Below, piece by piece: positions 27,127 through 34,179 of a DNA stretch of 64,000 bases (position 1 is its first letter; each line of letters begins with the position of its first letter). The notes under the pieces were generated by a model, which was given only the letters and a program-made list of their open reading frames with translations, searched no databases and was not told the origin of the DNA. A program made the translations under genes and the position numbers. The DNA is from an uncultured Actinomycetes bacterium (lineage in GTDB: Bacteria > Actinomycetota > Thermoleophilia > Gaiellales > Gaiellaceae), in NCBI GenBank assembly GCA_963834825.1, contig CAWICZ010000010.1, forward strand, positions 47,266 through 111,265. The letters are read 5' to 3'.

Positions 27127-28107
27127 TCAGGCGGGGGCTAGACAGCTCTCGAATTTCGCGTGCAGATCGTGCTCGTCGATGCCGCCCTGGGCCCCGATGG
27201 CCACGATGCGCGTGCGTCGGGGGCGATCGCCCCACTCGTCGGTCAGCTCGACGTCGACCCGTTTCCCGACCACCTGCAACACCGCGCGCCGGTCGGGCGA
27301 TTCGCTCGCGTGCACGACGCCCTTGGCGCGGTAAACGCTCGCGGGCAGCTTGGACGCCGCCTCGCGGAGCCTCTCGAGCGAGAGCGGCAACGCCGTCTCG
27401 TAGCTCCAGGTACTGAACTCGGTCGCGTGGTCGTGATGGTGCTCGTGGCCGTGTGCGTCGAGCTCGACGCGGTCCGGGTCGAAGCGATTCACCGACAGGA
27501 GCACCTCGTTCGGGACGTCGCAGTAGCTCGCCTGGACCAGCCGGTAGCGGTGGAAGTGGTCGTCCAGCCAGGCGTGGATTCGTTCGAGCTCGGCGCTCCC
27601 GACGAGGTCGACCTTGTTCAGGATCAGCATGTCGGCGCAGGCGATCTGCCAGAGCTTGAGCCGCTCGGCCTCGGGCGTCTCGAACACCTGCTCCGCGTCG
27701 ACGACGCAGGTGATGCTGTCGAGCCGGATCCGGTCGCGCAGCTTCTCCATCGAGAACGTGACCATCAGGCCCGCGGGATCCGCGACACCGCTCGCCTCGA
27801 GTAGGACGCACTCGGGCCGCTCGGGACGGTCGATCGTCGCAAGCACCGTCTCGATCAGGTCGTCCCGGATCGTGCAGCAGACACAGCCGTTCGCGAGGCT
27901 GACCACATCGCTCTCCACGCCGATGACGAGCTCCGCGTCGATGTTGACCGAGCCGAAGTCGTTGACGAGCACCGCGACCCGCAGGCCGTGGTTCTCACTC
28001 AGGATCCGGTTGAGCAGCGTCGTCTTGCCCGCGCCGAGAAATCCGGTGAGGACGGTGAGCGGGACCGGCTCGCCGCCGGCTTGGCGCTCGTGATCGACAA
28101 GTTCCAT
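27127..28107 (-). CDS. COG0523 (CobW/HypB/UreG-type) GTPase, putative metallochaperone
   Basis: P-loop GFLGAGKTTLLNRIL, metal motif GCVCCT, switch NKVDL and His-rich DAHGHEHHHDH are all present. Confidence 0.9.
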   Translation of the reverse strand: MELVDHERQAGGEPVPLTVLTGFLGAGKTTLLNRILSENHGLRVAVLVNDFGSVNIDAELVIGVESDVVSLANGCVCCTIRDDLIETVLATIDRPERPECVLLEASGVADPAGLMVTFSMEKLRDRIRLDSITCVVDAEQVFETPEAERLKLWQIACADMLILNKVDLVGSAELERIHAWLDDHFHRYRLVQASYCDVPNEVLLSVNRFDPDRVELDAHGHEHHHDHATEFSTWSYETALPLSLERLREAASKLPASVYRAKGVVHASESPDRRAVLQVVGKRVDVELTDEWGDRPRRTRIVAIGAQGGIDEHDLHAKFESCLAPA

Positions 28108-28142
28108 CCCGCGGGATTCTGGGGTCGGCAGGACGAGGAGTC

Positions 28143-28173
28143 TTCACCCGGCGGCGCAGGTCACCCGGGTGAA
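28143..28173. promoter_or_regulatory. Palindrome copy 3: TTCACCC-N10-gTCACCCGGGTGAA
   Basis: The core lies at 28160-28173 (first T replaced by G). It sits 36 nt upstream of the COG0523 start at 28107. Confidence 0.55.
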
Positions 28174-28226
28174 GCAGCCACGGGAGGCGCGACAGGCGGC
28201 CGGTTGCTGCGCGCTCCGGATCGCGA

Positions 28227-28255
28227 TTCACCCGGGTGAACGAGGCCATCGGGTG
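28227..28255. promoter_or_regulatory. Palindrome copy 4 (inverted orientation): TTCACCCGGGTGAA-N10-GGGTG
   Basis: The core at 28227-28240 is perfect and GGGTG lies at 28251-28255. It sits 120 nt upstream of the COG0523 start. Confidence 0.6.
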
Positions 28256-28362
28256 GCGATGGCCGCGCGCGCTCGCACAGAATCGTGAACGCGGGCGCCT
28301 TCGTTCAGCGAGCGCAGGCGCCCGTCCCCACAACAACACAGGACTAATGACGCTCGCGGTGG

Positions 28363-28572
28363 TCACGGCCAGGAGATCGGGTTGCTACTCGAGAGATGGA
28401 TCCCGAAGGCGGTCGCGAAGCCGCGCGTCGCGATCACTCCGGTCAGCTTGCCCCCAATGCTTGTACGCGTCGGGCAGCATCGTGTCCGCGAGCATCGTGA
28501 GGATCGCGCCGACGGCGAAGGTCTGGACGAAGGCCACCGTGCCGTCGGACGCGTCCTCGAGGAGGCCGTAGC
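28363..28572 (-). pseudogene. C-terminal remnant of a ZIP-family metal transporter (truncated and frameshifted)
   Basis: The minus strand reads LLEDASDGTVAFVQTFAVGAILTMLADTMLPDAYKH, then after a frame change GGKLTGVIATRGFATAFGIHL. This resembles the last two helices of actinobacterial ZIP proteins (recollection). There is no N-terminal part. Confidence 0.45.
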
Positions 28573-29171
28573 CGGGCGCGGGGTCTGGGGCGGCTCGGCT
28601 AAAAAGACTGGGCCGGGACCTGTTCGAGCCGGTGGTTTTGCGGCGGCAAAGGGAACCCGCGCCGCGCCCAGCCGCAGATTTGCGGGTTCGCTCCCATTTA
28701 TGCCGCCGATTCGGTTAGACGCTGTCTCTATCGCGGTGAGCGCGTGGTAGCCGAGCGGTCGCGAGTACCCCTTCGGTCCTCGGTGTCGAGACCTGTTCCC
28801 TATCTCGGTGCCTGAAACCGATTTGCCCCGTGTGCTCTGTATTGGTTTGGTCACGCGGCTAGAGCCGCTTCCGCCGCGTCAGCGAACGCTAAGTACGCGA
28901 CCGCGCGGCCCATACCGCCACGGCCCGGCCGGTCTGACGTCGTGCCAGGAGCTGACGGGGACGAACTCGTCGTCGACGACGAATCCGCCTTCGACCTTGA
29001 CGACCTCAGCCACGGCGAATCGTGAGCGGCCCGCCGGCCGACGCGGCGGCGCGCTCGAGCCGGGGCTCGACCGTCGCGGCCACGTCCTGAGTCTACGACC
29101 GGGACAACAGTGGGTTTCTTTCGGTGAGAGGTGCCACCGCGCCAGCCTTAGCGTCCACCCATTTCGCGTGC

Positions 29172-29714
29172 TCAGTGAACGAGCCGCTCGAGGAGGAGCA
29201 GGACGACACCAAGCATTCCCTGTACCGCGCCTAGGATGCCGGCACTAAGCCAGCTTCCGCCCGAGCGGCGGCCGGCGATAAATCCCCAGCCGGTGATCTG
29301 CAGAATCGCGGCAACGAGTGCCAGCACGGCGCCGGTCTCGCGCGACCACACGCCGGCCCAAGCGAGGGCGAGCAGGACGATCGGCAGGACGGCAGCTTGG
29401 ACCAGCGGCCATTCCCGCCGCGCGATCACGAGGACCTCGCTAGACCGGAACTCTCCCCCGGCGGCAATCCTCTCGCCGATGACCTCCGACCATGCGTGGG
29501 CGAGCCAGAAAATCAGCATCGACCCCAACGCCGATGCCGTCATCTCGCGCGCGCTTGCGCCCGCGTCGAAGGCGGCGCCGACGACGGCCGCCACCAGGAA
29601 CGATCCGTAGACAGCCGCTCCGAAACGGATCTCTCTCGGGTCCGTGATTGCCAATGGCGCGCCTCCTCTTCCGGAGCCGATCATCGCAGCCGTTCCCAGC
29701 CTCCGCGTCCGCAA
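29172..29714 (-). CDS. Hypothetical integral membrane protein (180 aa)
   Basis: There are four or five hydrophobic helices (AVYGSFLVAAVVGAAF, LGSMLIFWLAHAW, AVLPIVLLALAWAGVW, VLALVAAILQITGWGFIA, ILGAVQGMLGVVLLLL). Confidence 0.6.
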   Translation of the reverse strand: MRTRRLGTAAMIGSGRGGAPLAITDPREIRFGAAVYGSFLVAAVVGAAFDAGASAREMTASALGSMLIFWLAHAWSEVIGERIAAGGEFRSSEVLVIARREWPLVQAAVLPIVLLALAWAGVWSRETGAVLALVAAILQITGWGFIAGRRSGGSWLSAGILGAVQGMLGVVLLLLERLVH

Positions 29715-30447
29715 GCCTTAGGGTCCAATCCATGTAGGACGAAGCCGCCGCGCTTCGGCGTCGTCTCCGTCCACTGGGAGCGGGGCGACCAGTCCGGCGT
29801 CCCGGCCAGCGTCGAGGACTGCAACTCGCTCGAAGCAGTGGCCGACGCGATGGGCGAGCTGTTCGAGCCCGACCGCTGGGTCAGCGTCGTCGGCATCACC
29901 GGCGCCGGTCTGCGACGTCGAGGAGGCCGAGATCCTGCGGCTGCTCGGCGCACGCTGCTACGACGTCGAGGAGACCGCGCGCTCGGGGAACGCGCTCATG
30001 GTGAAGGCGACGCGCGTCTAGAGCGGCGCGCGCAGGGGTGGGGGACCTCCCCTCCCCCGGCCGAGTCCCCCGGCGGGTCACCCCAGCTCAGCGGTGGATT
30101 ACAAGGGGGCCGGGGCGATACGAATGCATTTCCCGCTGAACGCCGGGACCTCGGCCTAATGGCCCGCACCGCAGGCGAGATCGGGAGTCGGAACATGCGT
30201 CGCCGGCCAGCAATTCGGGGGGCCTGAGCGCCCATCCGGGACGATCCCCGGGCAGTGCGGATGATCGTCCATCGGCGTGAGAAGGCCCGACAACCGCCGA
30301 TCGACGGTTTGAACCCATTTGGGCGTCCTCACCCGTCTCCGAGCTCGTCACATCTTAGGGAGTCGGGCGCCTCGTCTTCCCTAGCCCGAGTGTCTAGGCG
30401 TCGGGCCGCCTGGGAAATCCGAGGCCGCCCGGCTCGTTCATCTTTCC

Positions 30448-30882
30448 TTAGCGGCTAGTTGGAGCTGCGGCGAGCTCGTCGGCCTCCATTCTCGCGAGTG
30501 AGGCATCAAGGACTGCGTACTCGGCCTCCTCGATCGCCGCGTACGCGTAGTCGATGGCAAAGGTGGCATCGTCTTCGGCGTTGTCGGCCCTCGTCTGTGC
30601 TCGACCCACGTCGTGCTCTGCCCGCCTTTCCTCGATGTCGGAGCGGATCTTCTCGATGTGCTCGTCCCACGAGCGCTGCACGTCGTGCCACCAGACGGAC
30701 AGCTTGCCCTTCTTTGCGTCGGCCGTTGCGCGGAGCTTGTCGGCCTGTGCCTGAGCGGACGTGCGCGCGTTCTCGACATCGCGCTCGAGGTCGGCTCTGG
30801 CCTTTCCTTGTGCGGCTGCGGCGCGGTCCTCTGCCTCCTTGGCCCGAGCAGCCAGCTTCGTCAACTGATCCGATACGGCCAT
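30448..30882 (-). CDS. Hypothetical coiled-coil protein (144 aa)
   Basis: AGGAGG lies 5 nt before the ATG at 30882. The sequence is charged and heptad-like throughout. Confidence 0.65.
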   Translation of the reverse strand: MAVSDQLTKLAARAKEAEDRAAAAQGKARADLERDVENARTSAQAQADKLRATADAKKGKLSVWWHDVQRSWDEHIEKIRSDIEERRAEHDVGRAQTRADNAEDDATFAIDYAYAAIEEAEYAVLDASLARMEADELAAAPTSR

Positions 30883-31229
30883 CTCAACCTCCTAGCTTGC
30901 GGCTCTTTGCCAGGTCATCGAATGGATAGGAGCGGTCCCGTTTGGGCTGCTGAGGTGCGTCCTGAAATGGGCACCTCCCTTCTCCGATAATGGAAGCACC
31001 CCTGCGGCGCCCGTCCGGACGTGGCTCGTAGACATCATCAGGACGTCACGCGCATGTGTCAAGACGTTGCGCGTCAGGTGGGGACTGGGGTCGTGGTCGA
31101 GCACGCCCGCGTCGATCGGCGTCGCCGCCGCGCGCGCCGATGCCTGCGCCGGCGCGGGAGGGACCTCAGCGAGCCGGGGCGGACGCTCGGTTGCCGCCAA
31201 TGCACCGAGCGCGGCGGCGGGACGAGTAA

Positions 31230-31448
31230 GTGATCCCTCGCATGAGGGATAGCCGGATTTGGCAGGACAACGGATGCTGCAGCCGTGCGAACACCCATAC
31301 CGATTTCGCGCTCGAGATCATCGTCCTTCTCGCGATGTACTTACTCATCAGTTGGTTCGCAGGAGCCGACGCCATCCTCTTTGCTGCACCCGTTTTCATC
31401 GTCGGCTGGTTCTTCGGCTGGCTCGAAGCCAAGCAACCGAGTCGTTAG
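31230..31448 (+). CDS. Possible small 2-TM membrane protein
   Basis: ALEIIVLLAMYLLISWFAGADAILFAAPVFIVGWFFGWL is hydrophobic. Codon usage is atypical (tta, agt, ttt) and the start is unclear. Confidence 0.3.
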   Translation: MIPRMRDSRIWQDNGCCSRANTHTDFALEIIVLLAMYLLISWFAGADAILFAAPVFIVGWFFGWLEAKQPSR

Positions 31449-31454
31449 TCCGGA

Positions 31455-31610
31455 CTACGAAACGAAGCGCCGGCGAGAGAGCCAGCCAAGGAGCGCACCG
31501 AGCACGACCCCGGCCTCAGGTGCAAAGGGAACATCGGTGGTCAGACTGACGACAATGCCTAGCGCCAAGCCCAGCACGGCTCCGAGCGCGATGGCGGCTC
31601 CGACGCTCAC
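31455..31610 (-). CDS. Possible small 2-TM membrane protein (51 aa)
   Basis: A GTG at 31610 opens VSVGAAIALGAVLGLALGIVVSLTTDVPFAPEAGVVLGALLGWLSRRRFVS. Confidence 0.35.
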   Translation of the reverse strand: MSVGAAIALGAVLGLALGIVVSLTTDVPFAPEAGVVLGALLGWLSRRRFVS

Positions 31611-31693
31611 ATGCGCGAGTGTATGACGGCTACTCGCTAAGCAGCGTGGATCAATAGGGCGTAACCAGAGTTCTCGCGAGAGGGCACGAGCGC

Positions 31694-32047
31694 CTAGGCC
31701 TCGCGGTCGTCGCTCAGGAAGAACGTGGCGAACGCGCCTGTCACGCCGGCCACGAAGAGCACGCCACAGATCTCGAACAGGATGTTCAGGACGCGCCCGC
31801 CGGTGGTCAACGGGTTCTTCAGCGAAGAGGAGACGGTCAGCAGCTGTACCGTCGTGAAGTAGAGCGCGTCGAAGACCGTCTTGATCTCGGTTCCCGGAGC
31901 ATGCCGTTCCAAGAAATAGATCGCGACCGTGCCGACGAGTGCGACCAAGGAGGTTGAAGCGACGAGGAATGTGAAGCGGGCGACGAGCAGGCGATGTCGC
32001 TGCTGCCACGAGAAAATGCGCCGCCACTCCTGGGGAAGCGAGAACAC
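31694..32047 (-). CDS. Two-TM ion-channel-family protein with a non-canonical pore
   Basis: The architecture is TM1, pore helix, TM2: FDALYFTTVQLLTVSSSLKNPLTTGGRVLNILFEICGVLFVAGV. The usual TVGYGD filter is replaced. Confidence 0.6.
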   Translation of the reverse strand: MFSLPQEWRRIFSWQQRHRLLVARFTFLVASTSLVALVGTVAIYFLERHAPGTEIKTVFDALYFTTVQLLTVSSSLKNPLTTGGRVLNILFEICGVLFVAGVTGAFATFFLSDDREA

Positions 32048-32212
32048 ATGCTGAGTCTCACGCCGGGTGCGGACGACCGTTCAGGGGCAAAGCAGAGCGG
32101 ACGAGATCCCTGACACGAGCGCGATGCCGATCCAGAAGCCGATGATCGGCGCATGCTTCCAGCCGGCCGCAGCAAAGCCGGTCGACGATCCGATCGCCTC
32201 GGGCAGGTTGCG

Positions 32213-32241
32213 TCCCCAGCAAGCAGATTCACCCGGGTGAA
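32213..32241. promoter_or_regulatory. Palindrome copy 5: TCCCC-N10-TTCACCCGGGTGAA
   Basis: The core at 32228-32241 is perfect. It sits 166 nt upstream of the channel-gene start at 32047 and 41 nt downstream of the response-regulator stop. Confidence 0.6.
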
Positions 32242-32281
32242 GCGGCGCCTCCACCTGGTTGTCGAGGTCGACCGCCAGCAG

Positions 32282-32986
32282 TCAGCCAGGTGAGTCGATA
32301 GGGCCCGGAGCAGCGAGCCTGTCGCCTTCGTCGGCGAGGAAGAGCAGGGCGGCCTTGACACGCTTGCTGACGTCCTCGGCGTCGGTGAGCCCGAGCTTCA
32401 GGAAAATCGAGTTGATGTGCTTCTCGACTGCCCGCTTCGTGAGGACCAGCGACTCACTGATAGCACGGTTGCTCTTGCCTTGGGCGATCGCGGCGAGAAC
32501 CTCGACCTCGCGTGGAGTGAGCTCGGTCAGCGGTGACGCGGCGGACCGGGACCGGGACGCCACGAGGACATCCACGACGCTGGGATCGATTACCGAACCC
32601 CCCTCGGCGACTGTCTCGATCGCCGTTACGAGCTGCGCTCGATCGTGTACGCGCTCCTTGAGCATGTAGCCGCGACTTTGCGATCCGAGCTCGAGAAGTG
32701 CCAGCGCATAGCTCGGATCCGTGTACTGACTGAGCACGATGACACCGACTTCGGGATGGGTCCGCCGGAGGAGAGTTGCGGCCTGGATGCCTTCATCGGT
32801 CTGCGTGGGTGGCATGCGGATATCCGTCACGACCACGTCCGGACTCCCAGTCTCAACCGCCTTGAGGAGGGATGGCAGGTCCGCGCACGAGGCCACGACC
32901 TCGATCTCGGTCTCAGTCGCGAGGACTTGTTCCAGACCTTCTCGGACGAACAGGTTGTCGTCCGCAAGCGCCACCCGGGTCGGCAC
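32282..32986 (-). CDS. NarL/FixJ-family response regulator (REC + LuxR HTH)
   Basis: The receiver reads ALADDNLFVREGL...VVVTDIRMPP. The HTH reads LTPREVEVLAAIAQGKSNRAISESLVLTKRAVEKHINSIFLKLG. Confidence 0.9.
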   Translation of the reverse strand: MPTRVALADDNLFVREGLEQVLATETEIEVVASCADLPSLLKAVETGSPDVVVTDIRMPPTQTDEGIQAATLLRRTHPEVGVIVLSQYTDPSYALALLELGSQSRGYMLKERVHDRAQLVTAIETVAEGGSVIDPSVVDVLVASRSRSAASPLTELTPREVEVLAAIAQGKSNRAISESLVLTKRAVEKHINSIFLKLGLTDAEDVSKRVKAALLFLADEGDRLAAPGPIDSPG

Positions 32987-33157
32987 ACGACAATGATATG
33001 CCGGGAACTGCGCGCCGACCGTTGCCTTTCTCGACGACGCCTCACGGAGACAAATGAGCGGGGGTCAGCAGGGTCGAGTCCCGCGACCTGGCATGCAATG
33101 GAGATGGTTGTTCCTTTCTCGGATGGGGCGACTCGGTGGCGTTAGCAGGCGGTTTGG

Positions 33158-33430
33158 TCATGGCTGAATCTCGTCGTCCGTCGGGTTCACGCTCACGATC
33201 TCGACGCCGAGCGTTGTCAGCCAGCTCATCACTCCCTGGAGCTGCGACTGGTCGACGAGGTCTCCGGTCAGCACGGACTCGTCTCCAGCATCCTCAACGT
33301 TCATTCCTTCGAGCGGTCCCACGAGCGGCTGGGCGAGCTCGCCCCGGATGACGATCTGGTACCGGACCCGGCTCTGTCCCGTGCGGCCGGCGAATCGCTT
33401 CGACCTCTGTTCGGACTCCCGGTCGGCCAC
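33158..33430 (-). CDS. Hypothetical 90-aa protein (recurrent actinobacterial family, VRYQIVIRGEL...DQSQLQGVMSWLTTLGVEIVSV)
   Basis: The pattern YxIxxRGxL ... DQxxLxGVxxxLxxLGxxxxSV is one I recall from many actinobacterial hypotheticals. Confidence 0.6.
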   Translation of the reverse strand: MADRESEQRSKRFAGRTGQSRVRYQIVIRGELAQPLVGPLEGMNVEDAGDESVLTGDLVDQSQLQGVMSWLTTLGVEIVSVNPTDDEIQP

Positions 33431-33445
33431 CTCAGGTCACCCGCG

Positions 33446-33628
33446 TCAGCAGTGCATCCGTTGAGACGTGGCCGTTCCGGGTGTAGCTATTCGTGTCTGC
33501 GCTTGCTCCTGAGACTCTGCTTTCTCCAGCCCCGCCGCCGCGTTGAACCAATCGAAGAGGACGAACGAAACCAGAGCCATCATCGCCACCGGCCACGAGT
33601 ACACGACGAATACTCTGAACCACTCCAT
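33446..33628 (-). CDS. Small membrane protein (60 aa)
   Basis: GAGAGGAG lies 8 nt before the ATG at 33628. MEWFRVFVVYSWPVAMMALVSFVLFDWF forms one TM helix. Confidence 0.55.
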   Translation of the reverse strand: MEWFRVFVVYSWPVAMMALVSFVLFDWFNAAAGLEKAESQEQAQTRIATPGTATSQRMHC

Positions 33629-33700
33629 CCGGCCACTCCTCTCTCGGTCGGCACGGCTTGTCGGTTGTCATGAGGTTCCTACAACCTCGTAGACCGCGCA

Positions 33701-33730
33701 TCACCCGCTCCTCGGATTCACCCAGGTGAA
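33701..33730. promoter_or_regulatory. Palindrome copy 6: TCACCC-N10-TTCACCCAGGTGAA (one mismatch)
   Basis: The core lies at 33717-33730. The flanks CTCCTCG / CGAGGAG extend the hairpin. It sits 73 nt upstream of the start at 33628. Confidence 0.55.
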
Positions 33731-33777
33731 CGGCTCGAGGAGGCCACGGGGCAGGTGGCCTCCTCACCTACTCCTGA

Positions 33778-33969
33778 TCAACGTCCAGGGCCTGGACGAC
33801 CGGGGCCGCCTGGACCGGGGCCCGGACGACCGGGGCCGCCTGGACCGGGGCCCGGACCGCCGGGGCCGCCTGGGCCGGGGCCCGGACCGCCGGGGCCGCC
33901 TGGGCCGGGGCCTGGACGACCGGGGCCGCCTGGGCCGGGGCGGGGTCTCGGGCGAGCCTCTCTCACCAT
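33778..33969 (-). CDS. Pro/Gly decapeptide-repeat microprotein (63 aa)
   Basis: GGAGGTG lies 5 nt before the ATG at 33969. The product is MVREARPRPRPGPGGPGRPGPGPGGPGGPGPGPGGPGGPGPGPGGPGRPGPGPGGPGRPGPGR. All six frames are open here, so the strand call rests on the RBS. Confidence 0.5.
   Translation of the reverse strand: MVREARPRPRPGPGGPGRPGPGPGGPGGPGPGPGGPGGPGPGPGGPGRPGPGPGGPGRPGPGR
33791..33940. repeat. Five head-to-tail 30-nt repeats (ccYggacSRccggggccgcctggRccgggg)
   Basis: Units start at 33791, 33821, 33851, 33881 and 33911 and differ at 1-4 positions. They are contiguous with no spacers. Confidence 0.9.
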
Positions 33970-34097
33970 GCGAACACCTCCGTGGTCTCGACTGTTGTTC
34001 TCGGCCTGCGCATCGAGGCGAGCCGGTGGGGAACGGCTCGGTGACACCGGCTGACGGTGTCGACTCGGAGGATCGCGCGACCGCCACACGCGCGCAT

Positions 34098-34143
34098 CGC
34101 CCGCCGAGCGTGTTCACCCGGGTGAACTCGGGTCGTGGGCGAT
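34098..34143. promoter_or_regulatory. Palindrome copy 7 with both arms: CGCCC-N10-TTCACCCGGGTGAA-N10-GGGCG
   Basis: The core at 34113-34126 is perfect. ATCGCCC (34096-34102) and GGGCGAT (34137-34143) are inverted. It lies in the divergent region between the PG-repeat gene start (33969) and the antiporter start (34180). Confidence 0.65.
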
Positions 34144-34179
34144 GAAGCGCGATTTCTCGGGCGCTAGCGTCGCCCTGGG

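Noticed and set aside
28143-28255. A Zur box upstream of the COG0523 gene.
   Set aside because: The sites there are GC-rich TTCACCCGGGTGAA palindromes. They are unlike the AT-rich TGAAAATnATTTTCA-type Zur operator.
29730-30021. A small plus-strand ORF ending ...VCDVEEAEILRLLGARCYDVEETARSGNALMVKATRV.
   Set aside because: It is protein-like but needs a frameshift to connect to its upstream part, has no clear start, and has no recognisable family.
30020-30447. A 430-nt gene-free region with C-rich runs and hairpins (GGGGTGGGGGA-cc-TCCCCTCCCC; GGACGATC...GATCGTCC), considered as a 6C-like or other sRNA.
   Set aside because: I could not fold it into the two-hairpin 6C architecture by hand, and no RNase P, tmRNA or SRP signatures are present. 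It remains unassigned.
33791-33940. Regularly spaced 30-nt repeats that might be a CRISPR array.
   Set aside because: The units are contiguous with no spacers, the period is 30 nt exactly, and no cas genes are present. This is a coding-type tandem repeat.
33726-34145. Plus-strand collagen-like or RGRLDRGPD repeat ORFs (33726-34145 and 33755-34054).
   Set aside because: All six frames are open across the repeat. Neither plus-strand ORF has an RBS, whereas the minus-strand ORF has GGAGGTG at ideal spacing.
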